Shown here piece by piece: positions 50,766 to 63,569 of a stretch of DNA of 64,000 bases; the stretch's first letter is position 1; every line of letters begins with the position of its first letter. Origin of the DNA: Takakia lepidozioides (Eukaryota; Plantae; Bryophyta); NCBI GenBank assembly GCA_030704615.1, contig CM060731.1, forward strand, positions 56,792,001 to 56,856,000, in the 5' to 3' direction. Below the pieces are notes generated by a model. The model did not search any database, was not told the origin of the DNA, and saw only the letters and a list, made by a program, of their open reading frames with translations. A program made the translations under genes and the position numbers.

Positions 50766-52790
50766 TGCAAAGGGCTGGCTTGCGGCTGGCCACTTTCAAC
50801 TTCTTAGGGTTGACCAACCAAAGGAAACAACTCGAAGTGGGACAAGTTCTTCGGACTAATGATATTCATATCTGTGCTGGGCAAGAAACATGGGAAACGT
50901 CGGATAAACTGGTTGGAGATGTCAATGGTTATAAATGGGCAGGTAAGATGTGTACTTTCAAGGCAGCCTCTGCCAAACGCGGTCAAAAAGGGGTTGGATT
51001 CTTTGTCCGTGATTTCATGTTTGACAATTGTGAAATTATCAACAAGGGTTTGAGGTACGAGCATAGTATCTGGCTAAAACTGAATCTGAAGGGCGGCATG
51101 AGTACAAAGGACCTCTTTGTTGGTTGTGTTTACATGCCCACAGAGGGGACCCTTAGTGCTGACGCAGACAAGGCCTTCGAAGATGTAAAGCTGGACTGTG
51201 CTTCGTTCCTTGCCAAAGGTCAGGTGGTACTATTGGGGGACTTCAATGCCCGGGTGGGCAAAGGGATCCATCAGGACGATATCATTGGTCCTTTTGGTGA
51301 GGACAAGCTGAATTCTAATGGCAGATGGTTAATTAACTGTCTAGAAGAGCTTCAGCTTTTGACCTTGTATAACAGGACAAGAGGTGACCAAGTGCAGTGG
51401 ACTCGTGAGAAATCCCAAACTGGGGAACGTTCCATTTTGGACTATATCATAATGGACAAAATTTTGTTCCCCCAGTGTGCCAATGTGTTGATCGACAGAA
51501 CTGATATTGGTACCTCTGACCACTTCCTGGTTTGGACTGAGATCAAAAGGTGTTTTCCCACCACCAAGAGATCTGTGACACGTTCGATTCGGAAGTGGCG
51601 TATAGAAAAATTCCACAATGAGGAGGTCAAGGCTGAGTACGTCCAAGCCTTGCAAGAGGCTCTCCCTCATTTTGTCCAATCGCTCCAAGAACTTCAGTCA
51701 CGCTCTGTTAACGCAAGAAAGAGCAGTGGACTCTTGGGAGAGTTTCGTTTCCTCCGTGGCTAACAAGATCATTGGGAGGAAACTAATTGTCTGCGGTAGA
51801 GCAGTTAATTGGTGGACCAATGAGATTAAACTCAAGATAGCTGAGAGACGAGCCCTCTATAAAGAGTGCTGCAATTTGGAAACCAACAGAGAATTGTGGG
51901 CGAGGTACTACCAGCTCCGTAAAGATATCAATCAGCTTGTTAGGTCTCAGAAGAAATTATAATGGGACAAGTTATACAGTGACATAAACTCAAACCACCA
52001 TGGTGATAATGACAAGAAATTCTGGTTGGCCCTTCAACGTTTGTACAAGCCGAAAAACGGTCAGCAAGTACAAGCGCTGAAGACTACTAAAGGTGCAGTG
52101 GTGACTTCATCGGTTGACATTGTCGAAACCTTTGAAACTCACTACAGTATCCTTGGCAGAACTTCTAGGTCTAACAGTGAGGGGTGAATGGAGGGACACA
52201 GTTGGAAAAACTGTTCCTATGATTCAAAACAGCCCTGATGAACTGGAGTATATTTCAATGGCTTATAATGCTCCCATTAGTTCTTCTGAGATTGTGGAAG
52301 CAATTGAACATTGAAATGGATATAAAGCTGGTGGACCTGATGGTATTGTCAACGAGCTTATCAAGCACGGTGGCGATCCCATGATAGAGGCCCTAGTTCT
52401 CCCCTTTCGCTGGCGACAGGGGGTCATTGTCAATCTATACAAGAAGGGTGACAGAGAAGAACCGGGGAACTACCGTGGCATCACGCTCCTCAATGCTGTT
52501 GGCAAGACATTCTGCAGAGTTATAAGTACTCGTCTCGAGGTTGATCTGGAGTCTAGAGGTTGTTTCCACGAAGGCCAAGCTAGCTTTCGGCGAAACAGGG
52601 GCTGTGTGGATCATATCTTCACTCTAACCCAGATTATCCAGGGAAGGAAAAAGAAGGGAAACCCACTTATGTTTTTTTCCTGGATGTCAAAAAGGCTTAT
52701 GAGACAGTGTGGAGAGATGGCCTATGGTTCCGCCTCTGGTCTTGTGGGATCAAGGGAAAGATGTGGAGAGTTGTCCACAACTTGTATGCT
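50766..52790 (+). mobile_element. LINE ORF2 (APE endonuclease plus N-terminal RT), frameshifted and 3'-truncated
   Basis: LATFN, QETW, GDFNARVG, ILDYII and SDH (APE); GPDG, YKKGDREEPGNYRGITLL, FRRNRGCVDHIF and FLDVKKAYETV (RT). Confidence 0.93.
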
Positions 52791-52959
52791 ATGCACACAA
52801 TGTGTGTCCACTGGCCTCGTCATAGCAATGAAATGTAACATTTTATTGCAAATTTTGTGGCGAGTCATATCTATACAATTGTCCTAATTGTCCTATCCGC
52901 CTCATCCCCTGACATCTGAGATGCATCACTTCCACTATGCCTCTCAAAAAATATCGTCC

Positions 52960-53870
52960 TCTCCTGGACTTGGCCATTTCCGGCCGCACATTGGAAATTC
53001 GGCGCCATGTGAATGTTTGGGGCCCAAAACGGCTAAGTCCCATGACATCGGAAGATACTCGGGGACTTAGCCATTTTGGCCCCCCAGACTGGAAATTCGA
53101 CGCCATATATCCAGGTTGGGGCCCAAAAGAGTTGTCCCATTAGTGCCTGTATCCGACTCTGGAAAAATGGCGCCGCATTTCCAGATTCGGGCAAGCCATT
53201 TCCAAGGCAACAGCTATTAGAGCTCGTCAGGCTCGTAGATTTGTCTTGGATTCTGCTGAGGAAAGAAGAAGAGACAGAAGATTCCCAGGAGATGAGATGG
53301 ACGGCAGAATTTCCATCGGGGGGATGAACGCTGGCAGCCATGTGGACCCATCTCGGCCCACCGGGACTTCATCCTTGGCCCTTAGCATGGAAATACGGCG
53401 CCGAGTTTCCATTGGGGGGGATGAACGTTGGCAGCCATGTGGACCCATCTCGGCCCACCGGGACTTCATCCCTGGCCCCTAGGATGGAAATAGGGCGTCG
53501 AGTTTCCATGAGGGGGGATGAACGTTGGCAGCCATGTGGACCCATCTCGGCCTACCGGGACTTCATCCCTGGCCTTCGGATGGAAATACGGCGCCGAATT
53601 TCCATCGAGCGGATGAACTCTGGCAGCCATGTGGAACCATATCGGCCCCACACGACTTCTTCCTTGGCCCTCCGGATGGAAATTCAACACCATATTTCCG
53701 TCTGGGGATGAAATCTGGCAGCCATATGTACCCATCTCGGCCCCCAGGAACTTAATCCATTGCCCCTCGGATGGAAATATGACACCGAATTTGCATCCGG
53801 AGGATGAACTCTGGCACCAACGTAGCCCCCCTAGGATGGAAATTCGACGCCATATTTCCATCTATGGAAT
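52960..53870. repeat. Tandem array (~96-bp period) with hairpin GGATGGAAAT-N10-ATTTCCATCC
   Basis: Units at about 53387, 53483, 53579, 53675, 53771 and 53835. Confidence 0.9.
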
Positions 53871-53899
53871 AAAATTTGCGCCGATAAAAAGAACAAAGG

Positions 53900-54618
53900 G
53901 GAACAACCAGCCCGTCTACATGCAAACTCTCTCTCTGCATCATCCAAGGTAGGAGCATTCTTCTATGTAAGACATATAGAACGGTGGTGCTATTTGAATT
54001 CTGGCGCCACGAGTCTGTCTGTGTACTGGGACAAGCTCTGCAGAAAATGGAACCCACAAGATGTCTTCTTTCCTTCCATTGGAATAATTGGGTCTTCCCC
54101 GTACACCCTTCGCATGCAGCCCAATTTGCTTGTGCGTTGTCCGCCATGAAACCACGGATATTCGGCGGGGATAATTCCGCCCTGGCCATCTGCTCGTTTA
54201 TTCCCTGACAAAGATGCATCTCGGATTGTGTGTCCTCCCCTTTCATCTCACAAATAGCAATGGTCATTAGCATCTTGTAACGGGTGTCGTAGACATGTGC
54301 ATCCATTGTCACCCTCTGGTGATTTGTAATGCGCTTGATATGGCTGAACATGATCCAACTGTTTAACAAGTCTCCACTTGTCATCCGGTGGACAAGCTTC
54401 ACGCCGCTGCCAGGCCCACAGGTGGACATTTTGAAGATGAAACAATGATCTGCCTCACTCCCTTGTCCTGGAAAACGACTTCCATGAATGTAGTTATATC
54501 CATATCGTCGCTTCACCTCCAAAATGGACTGCATATCCGATCCTTGTCCAATTTTCTGCTTGCAGAACACAATGTGGTTGCGGACATTGGGGGAGCAGAC
54601 GTGGGACACCTCTTGCAA
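53900..54618 (-). mobile_element. Decayed fragment of a MULE transposase related to 18925-22399
   Basis: SPNVRN, RFPGQG, FKMSTCGPGSG, AHVYD, GFMADNAQAN and CGFHF align with the near-intact copy; the first catalytic Asp is replaced (MFSH). Confidence 0.85.
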
Positions 54619-54899
54619 GAGAAAAGAAAAAGCTTATAGGCCTTTATATCCCTCAACGGCCAAAAAGAGCTTTCGGGCTCTTTTCGATTTGATCCTACCC
54701 AAATTACCTTTTTTGTGGGCTTTTGTTGTGGGCTTTGCCCCGACTTTTGTTTGCCAAAACCATGAGGGGTCTAAGAATGCAGGGCGGATTCGCTCGGAGA
54801 AAAGGGAGTGGAGGAAGGAAATTGCATGTTTTCTCGGTGAAGTAGACAACAAAACCACGAAAAATGGGAATAAAGGGTTAAAAATGAACAGAGTGGCAC

Positions 54900-55460
54900 G
54901 ATCCGACCCCTGGGATGGAAATTCGGCGCCATATCTTCATCCGGGGGATAATTTCTGCCAAGCACGTGGAGGCCTCGGATGGAAATTCGGCTCCCTATTT
55001 TCATCCGGGGCATGATGCCATCCGAGGCTGCCATAAATCATGCCCCGGACGGAAATATGACGCCGAATTTTCATCCGAGGCCTAAACGTGGTTGCCAAAA
55101 ATCATGCCCCGGATGGAAATATGGCAGCCACGTTTAGGCCTCGGATGGAAATTTGGCACCATATTTCCATCGGGGGCATGATTTCTGGCAGTCACGTTCC
55201 AGCCATCCGGGGCATGAACTCTGGCAGCCACGTAACAGCCTCGGATGGAAATAGGGCGCCATATTTCCATCCAGGCCATGATTTCTGGTAGCCACGTTCC
55301 AGCCTCGGATGGACATACGGCGCCATATTTCCATCCGGGCCATGATTTTTGGCAGCCACGTGCAGGCCTCGGATGGAAATACGGCGACATATTCCCATCC
55401 GGGGCATGATTTCTGGCAGCCACGTTCCAGCCTCGGATGGAAATATGGCGTGCTACCACG
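54900..55460. repeat. Tandem array (~64-bp period) with the same GGATGGAAAT hairpin
   Basis: gcctcggatggaaat...atttccatccggg...tctggcagccacg units at about 54978, 55143, 55243, 55306, 55371 and 55435. Confidence 0.9.
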
Positions 55461-56505
55461 TTGTGATCTCCAAGTCTTTTTCGAGCAAGAAGTTGTTGTT
55501 TATGCAACTTCAATTGTGCCTCCAATGCTCTCTTCTCTGCTGTAGCAGCTCTCTTAGCAGCCTTTTCAAGTTGCTCCCTAGCGGGTAGCACGCTGATTTG
55601 TTTCATGTGGTGCCTAAAATTAAGGACATTGTGACGTTTGAAACTTAATTTCATGTTGAGGCATGTGGTGGTTAAGAGATCATATCGCAGATTGAATTGT
55701 CGATTGACTGTCTGTAAATTTTGAGGTTGCATCTGTTTTAGTGCGCATGGATAGGGTCTTGCTGCGCAGTGACTGATTCCATGTGTAGGAAGTGATGCGC
55801 AGTGAACCGTCAAGTGTGCAGTATTAGTTCCAGGAAACCCCCCTTCCCACCTGCAGGAATATCTCCTATAGGCTTGCTTGTTTTCACGTTCACCATCCAT
55901 ATTCTCTCATGACGATTCCAACCATATAAATATTAATAACTTTCAGTAATTAATTAAGAGTAAAATGAAATAATTTTGCCTTAGGTGCGCAGGGATTGGG
56001 CCTAGTACCCTACAGAGGTGATACGGTATCGTGATGGTCGTCATCAACAGGACGAGGTTAGAGGAGTTTGTCGCGAGGGTTTGGCTTCGTTTTCTCTCTG
56101 CGGACGGGCGTTTGCGTTTCTGCTTGCCTGCGTCTGTGGGCCTCTCTGCTGTGCGCGGGCTCGTCTTTGAGCGTTCTTGTTTCGGATTCAGCCTGCGTGT
56201 GCAAGCGTTTTGGCTTTTGTGTGCGTGCGGGTTCTCGGCGGGGTTGTTCGAGGTAATAAAGCTTCCGCCGCGGTTGATCATCAGCTGCGTGGATACTATT
56301 CTTTTTTGTGCGTCTGTTGTTTCTCTCGATCATGTGCCTGGACGGACGAAATGGTTGGTGTGTCGAAATTAAACCATCACTCATTCGGTGATCTAGGGTT
56401 TGGTGGGCGGTGTACAGGTTGAACATGGATAGCGCTATTTAAGTCGCTTGATTTGCCCGTCCTTTCTTCTGGAGCTTCTTTCTTCGCTTGCAACCTCTTT
56501 GCCTG

Positions 56506-59500
56506 ATGGAGGTGATGGAGGTGGTTGACGCCTACGGAGACCTCCGCCAACTCTTGCAGGCGAAATGTCTAGGTTCGGAGTTCAGTGATACCGACATCAA
56601 GAGATTGGTGGATGCGGGATTTGAATCAGAAGCTGATCTTAAAGCAGGCGATAGGGAATCCTTGATGAGCACTCTCCCTGGACGACATGGTAAAGTGGCC
56701 GTTCTCCTCAGGACATTCGCCCAATCTGAAGCCATCACAGGTACGTTTGGTCTAATTCAGAGGTTCTGGCGTTTTAGGGTTTTCTTAGCATGAAGACTGT
56801 TTTTTCTTTCAATTTTTTTCTTCGAATACCGCCGCTGATGCTGGGATCTTTTCTTGATACTTTTGATAGCTAGGGTTTGTTTATTTCACGCTACAAGTAT
56901 CAGTAATTCTTAAAATTCAAAAGTCCACAAACGATCACTATCACTTCTATTAGCAACCCCCTTGTGAGAAGGAAGCGACAAGAGAAGGGCAGAGATAACT
57001 AAGAAAGATGAGGTCTCTAAGAAAAAGGAGAACATTGATGGGATTGTAGGAGGAAACTCGCTCTGAAATGTGCCACTAGAGCAGGATTAGATTGGATATT
57101 TCAAGCAGAGTGAATCACATGTCTTAATTTGGGCCTCCAATTCTTTTGGAGCAATCAGAGATTGATCAACAAGTAGCAGATTGGTGTGAGGTAGATATAG
57201 AGTCAAGACTTAAAAGGACTATTATTTTCTCAAGGTCGGTCAGATTGCGGCAGATGAGGGCAGGTTTAAAGTGTTCTGCGTTCTTGTCTTCTTTTCTCTT
57301 CGGTGTGTTACGTTTTCCCAGTCTATATACATTGTCTATCACTGTTGTGGTTCTTGCCAAGATCCAGGTAGGGTACATGTATTGGTTGTGCAATTGTTGG
57401 TGTTATGATGATTGGCTGTAAGGCCAACCAGAATCTTTTGTCATTACGGCCATGGTGGGTTAAGTTTATGTCACTGTACAACTTCTCCCAGTAAAGCCTC
57501 TTCTGATCCCTTACAAGCTGATTGACCTCTTTACGCAGTTGGTAGTATCTAGACCAGAGCATTTTTTCATCTTTGATATTACAGCAGTCCTTATAGAGCG
57601 CCTGCCTCTCAGCAATCTTGAGCTTGATCTCATGGGTCCACCAATTTACTGCTCTACCACAGATAATTAGTTTCCTTCCATGACTCGGGTTAGGGTTTCA
57701 AATCTTCATCTGATTTTTGTTACGTCTCTTGCTTCTTGGTTGAACGGTGTTGTGTCTGTCTTCGCAGCCTACTTTCTGTGTGGGATTGTTGGTTATGGAA
57801 ACCAGGGTGTCAGATAGTGCGTCATGGAGAGAGTCTGGTGAATGTCGATGGGTTGCCTAGGGCAGTCTGAGCCCGTTTGTTTTTATGTCTGCAATTCTGA
57901 TGATGGGCAGGCACATTCTTGCAAGACAATTGGGCAGTTGATTGTTGAACCCGCTGCAGTTGCTGATTTGTTCACAAGTAAAATATGAGGGGGGTCCTTT
58001 GAAAGACACGGTTGTTTGTTAGGACAGGGTATTTCAAACTGAATCTAGTATCTTGAGATATTTGCATATTTTTAGCATTACAAGCAGCTTCTTGGTAGCG
58101 TTTATGGTTTGTTTTTTTTTCGTTATGTTTTTTGCTTTGAACCCTCTGAAGCTGCTGGTATGTTATCAATAGTACAGTGATTGCTGTCCTTACACCCTCT
58201 TCTATTTTTATTCCAAGTCGTTTTGTTGGTTGATACTTGTGGTTTATTCTTTTGTAGCACCCCCAGCAGGTAACAGGGTTTGCACTTGAAGGTTTCCAGA
58301 CCTAAAGGACTATTATTTTCTTAAGGTCGGTCAGATTGCGGCAGATGAGGGCAGGTTTAAAGTGTTCTGCGTTCTTGTCTTCTTTTCTCTTCGGTGTGTT
58401 ACGTTTTCCCAGTCTATATACATTGTCTATCACTGTTGTGGTTCTTGCCAAGATCCAGGTAGGGTACATGTATTGGTTGTGCAATTGTTGGTGTTATGAT
58501 GATTGGCTGTAAGGCCAACCATAATCTTTTGTCATTACGACCATGGTGGGTTAAGTTTATGTCACTGTACAACTTCTCCCAGTAAAGCCTCTTCTGATCC
58601 CTTACAAGCTGATTGACCTCTTTACGCAGTTGGTAGTATCTAGACCAGAGCATTTTTTCATCTTTGATATTACAGCAGTCCTTATAGAGCGCCTGCCTCT
58701 CAGCAATCTTGAGCTTGACCTCATGGGTCCACCAATTTATTGCTCTACCACAGATAATTAGTTTCCTTCCATGACTCTATCAGCAGCAGAAGTGGCGAAG
58801 CTCTCCCAAGAATCTACAGCACCTTCTACCTCCCTCCTTGTATCACCATGGGCAAGAGGAGAGATCTTGAAGTGACTGTGTAAAGTGTGGGAGGGCCTCT
58901 TTCAAGGCCAGGACATACTCTGTGATGGGTGGAGTCTGACATATATGCAGTGGGAGAGAGATTTGGGAAGAGATTGAAAACTTCTGAATATTCCATGACT
59001 GATAGAGATCGGTGTGTGCTCAGATAATTTAGTTTGTCCTCGGTTTAGGGCTTAGCGTTACAGGATGCTGCCATACAACAGCAGTTTCATCAGTAATTCC
59101 ATGGTAAGAGTTTGGATGAATGCAGATCTTTTGAAATTTGACAAAATCTGACATATTTGCAGGGGGAGAGAGATCTGTGAAGAGATTGAAAACCTCTGGA
59201 AACGGGTTTTCAGGTAGAGCTACTCTGTTACTTGGCCTTCCCTTCCATGTTCCCCTTCTCTTTGCATTTTCTTTGGTCATAGGCTTTGTTGGTGTATCTT
59301 TTGTATTGTTCAATTATTTGCAAGATAGGATGCTCTTATTTTTCTTCAGATACATGGATCTGTCAGGAGTGATGGAAAGTGTGTGGGTTTTGCTTACAGA
59401 ATCAGTGAAGGTGGTTATGCAAGAATGGAAATTGAAATTTTCTGAGTTTTTGGACACGTTCCAAAAGATGGGGTGCAATTTGTCTATACAGAACGGTGTG

Positions 59501-61504
59501 CCATTCGACCACCGTGGTTATCCAAGCATTTTACTGAGCCTCTGGCCTCATACGGCTCTTCTCAGGGGAGGCAGGAGTTGTAGTAAAGGGGTTTGGATTG
59601 AATAAAAGAGATAAATTAACTGCTCATTGGACTGAAGATGTTGGTGATTTGTGGGAACGAGCGAATGATGGCTCGACTGGTGTTGTGCCAGTTGTTGGAG
59701 TGAGTGGGAGTGGGAAAACTCGGTTTCTTTACGAGCTGCTTGCAGAGAAGTGGGGTTTTTTTTGGACAGCTAAAACCAAAGGAAACGGTGGGTCAGATGA
59801 TGTCGCCTCTGTGAGTTCTCACGAGATAGAGGTCGATAAGGCAATGAATCACAGGAATGTGATGAAACGTATGAGATGTGCCATTCTTTCAAGGTTGTTA
59901 ATCTTGGAATTTTGTCACCAAGAAATTCCTGATTTGAGTCCTCTGCAATGGCTCATGCTCCAGGTGCAATTCCGTGCTTTCCTTGGTGCAGATCGTAACG
60001 AAACTCGGAAACTTTTTAACGTGGTTACTTCCCTGGAAGATTCAGAGGGGCTAAATGCTAGGATAGAAAAACTGTGGACGGATTTAGAGGGGAAGGTTGG
60101 CACTTTCAGTGTAGTTCTGGATGAAGCGCAGGTGTTGGGAAGGAAAAATGTAAATGACTATGAATCCCCCGAGACGAAAGAGCTAAGGTCCATTTTTTCT
60201 CCGTTGATCAAAGCCCTAGTGGGGCCATCTACGGCGTTGCCAAAGCAGAAAGTATTTGTTGCTGGTACAGGTGTCAGCTTTTTGAAGCTGGAAGCGGACA
60301 TAGGTTCGCTGATTGCAAAAGAAGGGGGTGGTGGCCCGGTTCAATTTTCTTCTGCTCCATTTTCTTCATGGACAGATGTGCGTCAGGTTCTGAAATTCTG
60401 CAGCGAGTACCTGAAGCTAGAGGATGATCATATGGAGGACAATGCCCAGTATCTGCTGGAAAAGTTCAGAGGCCGTCGAAGGTGTTTGGTAAGTTGTGTC
60501 GAGCGCCTTCTGAGGAAGGCTGGAGGAAGATGGGATATAACGGTAGTAGACAACTATTTCAAGGAGATCACAAGCAACACCAATGACAGCACTTTCATTT
60601 ATTATGCTGTGAGCTCTCTGTGTGGAGCAAAAGGCACATTTGTCCTGAAAGAAGAATCATTCAATGGTGCTTCCTTGGTGCAAAGAATAGGAACCTCCTT
60701 TGCCTATGCAGGGAGGGGAGAACATACCGTTTCAACGGACGGAGATATGACTTTGCTCGAGTGTGGCCTTGGACAGCTACACCATTCAACAGGTTCCCAA
60801 TTCACTTTCTCTATAGTCGAACCGACAGTCCATCATAGCATCATGAACTATTTGACGATCAACCATTCATTTGAGAAATCACTTAAAGACTACATGGTTG
60901 GTTGCAAGGATGATCCCAGTGCAATGGGTAGGGCATGGGAGAAACTTTTCACAGTTCATGTGGCCAAGCTGTTTGACGGCACAAAATTGTTGGCCGATAT
61001 GTGCTGTTTCAAGGATGCAACCCTGCCTCCAAAATTCGCAAGGGACAAGCCAACGATTACCGGTGAAGGTGAGGAGTGTGGAGGGAGTCATATAGGATCC
61101 ACACCGTAAGTAAATTTCTTGATGCTGAAGAGAAATCTCGTCCGCCATGCCTCATTTTTGACGACGGATCTGGAGCTGATGTTCTTTTTGTTGTGAGACT
61201 TGGGAATTTGAAGATTCCTGTCTTCTGTCAACTGAAGCTGCGATCTGAGGTGCAGTGGGCTAGAGCAGTGGCAACTACAGATCCGGAACAGATGTACAAG
61301 AATAGTTCCGAGTCCAAAACAAGGGTGCTTGCCGCATGCAAAGATGGTTGCATCAGCTTGGTAGTTGCCTATCCTGCAAAGAAGCCAGCTAAACACCAAT
61401 CTGAATGCCAAGATAATCGTATAATTGGCTATATTGGACAGGTAGAAGCGGAGGATTTGTTTGACCGCGTGTTATGTGATTTCTTACGTTCTATCAAGGA
61501 GTGA
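56506..61504 (+). pseudogene. Crinkler/RHS-like gene: short helical header exon, P-loop NTPase and PD-(D/E)xK-type REase; two frameshifts
   Basis: Exon 56506-56740. Walker A GVSGSGKT, Walker B VVLDEAQ, AGTG, GRRR, G.AWE and GADVLFVV...VFCQLK. Frameshifts near 59600 and 61085. Confidence 0.75.
57211..58777. repeat. ~475-bp direct duplication (57211-57686 and 58302-58777) containing an antisense LINE fragment
   Basis: Near-identical blocks; the minus-strand peptide LWSRYYQLRKEVNQLVR matches the LINE at ~51900 (LWARYYQLRKDINQLVR). Confidence 0.92.
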
Positions 61505-62354
61505 CGGGGACAAATTTTTTGATGGCTCATGGAGTATTGAGAAGGTGAATTCATTGGGATACTGGCTCTATTTTTTTGTGTTTGGTGACATTTCTATATT
61601 CTCTTGTTTCTGTCACACCTTTCCACGCTATAGAAGTACACTACTAAGTTAGACTGCTTCTGTATTCAACCATGGACCAACTTCAAGAACCTGTGAAAAA
61701 GGGACACAAATTAATGACAAGTATGTTTTCATGAACCAATCAATGAGTTCATCAGCTTTGTGTTACACTGCATGATGCGATGGTGTGACATGTTTGCAGG
61801 ATATTCCAGAATAATTTTGTTTCCAGGGGAGTCGGCAGGTCAATTGGTTCAACACCAAGGCGTGGTTGTGTGTTGTAGTGCACTGGGCATCAGGTGCCAT
61901 TGAGAAACGAGATTAGGTGTGAATATTCTTGAAGTTTTGTTGGCTACACTTGGCGGTGAGTCAAGTGAACCAAATAGCGTTAAGATAGACTTCTACTAGG
62001 AGTTGTAGACCAGAGTTTTTCATGTCATTGGAAGATGTGCAGGCACTCTGAGTATCAGATTCCTTGTGTGTGTTGACGAAGGCTTCTCTGCAGTGATTTC
62101 CGTGATCACTTTTGATTTTTTGTGATTTACCATTCGGAAATTAAAAACCAACAGTCGGTAGCTCAGTTGGCTAAGTGCACTAAGTGCGACCGAGACGATT
62201 CTGGGGTCTAATCTTGCTACTGACGGGTGTGGCATACTCTTCTCCCCGGTTCCTGGGTGGTGTCCCGTTCCTATGAGTCTTCTCATATGCTTTTTTTGTT
62301 GATATATTTCTGTCACATGCACATAGAACTTTCAGATCAGGGCCAGAAACTCAC

Positions 62355-62945
62355 AATGTCAGAAACAAGCTCCCTCTCCACAGGAGAGAAGACTCGGTCT
62401 GCTCCCAGGCTTGAATATGCTGTCCTCTTAGCAGGCTGCAGCACCACTACAGTCAATCAGTATGCAGCCATAAACTGAGATGTAGTGAAGAGACAAGTTA
62501 TCATTCTCAGTGCTCCATGTCTGTAACGCAGACTTAAAAACCCAAGTTTCAAATGCAAACCTTTAATGCAGATTCACACTAGGAAACCATATGAGAAGAA
62601 CTCTTCACACCCTCGCTAGACAGGAACATGTCTTGTCCATCATCATCAAACAAATCATTTATCCATTGGCTGTTCGTCTTTTAAACGTTATTCACTCCAG
62701 GAAAAACAACTATGTATTTGCTGACAGGTGCAGAAATTCAATGAAAGAATCGGGTAACCTTAAGTGGACTGCCATCTTCATGGTTTCCCACAACTGAAGT
62801 AGCTACTGCTCAGTGATGGCTCCCCATATACTACAGACTTGACATAAGAATCTTACATCAACATTGTAAACAGCCCCTATGTCAATCTTGTGAGGGCACT
62901 TGTCCCTTATGGCCAGCTCCATCCTAGCAGCATCATGGAAGGACA
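62355..62945 (-). pseudogene. Two-exon fragment of DNA primase small subunit
   Basis: SFHDAARMELAIRDKCPHKIDIGAVYNVD | PAKRTAYSSLGADRVFSPVERELVSDI, compared with the conserved KIDIG and ERELVFDID motifs. GT-AG intron at 62436-62856. Confidence 0.85.
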
Positions 62946-63569
62946 ACGTAATGCTCCAAGGTGAACGAGAACTCCCTCCTCCCGAAAAGGAGGGGTCGCA
63001 CCCTTGATGCTTTCCATCTGCAGACCCCACGCATGCAAAATTGCAGCCCCTCTCTCAGTAGGCTGTATAAATTCACTGGATGTTAAAGAATCTTTATCTT
63101 TATCTCCTGAGGACAATCTATTGTAGTAAAACCTAGTGAAACCTGAACTTAAAATGCTGCCCTAATAGTTGCTTCCTGAAATGCCAAAAAGCCCATACAC
63201 AAATGTAGCATTCTTCCCTCTTGAAAGCCAAACTTCCAATGTCCAAGTGAGACCTCCCTGTTTAATTAAGACATAATTCTCTTTGCCATTCTTGTATTGA
63301 AATAAAGTAGCCTGAGTTGTACCACTGTTGTTTACAATCTTTACAAGGTAAGACCCATTTCTCTTCCTTCTTTCTTTCTCACTCTGAGCAGTGATAGCAG
63401 CATTCTTCTCTAACTCCTCATATTCCTCAACTGGGCCCAAGAGCTCCTGCAGTGTGCCATGTGACATACATGAATTTTCTATAGAGCATGTGTGAAATTG
63501 CAAATCATAGAGTCTAACTTGGTGAGAACACGACTAAATCAAAACCCCCTCTTCACTCATTACCTGCTC

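Noticed and set aside
52960-55460. Foldback-type long terminal inverted repeats
   Set aside because: The non-palindromic parts of the units (tctggcagcca) are in the same orientation on both sides.
55460-55900. Coiled-coil-like peptide in ORF 55082-55900
   Set aside because: Half of the ORF is the hairpin array, and the rest is low-complexity and cannot be assigned.
63162-63503. 113-aa minus-strand ORF as a gene
   Set aside because: No recognisable motif or splice context; possibly a decayed repeat.
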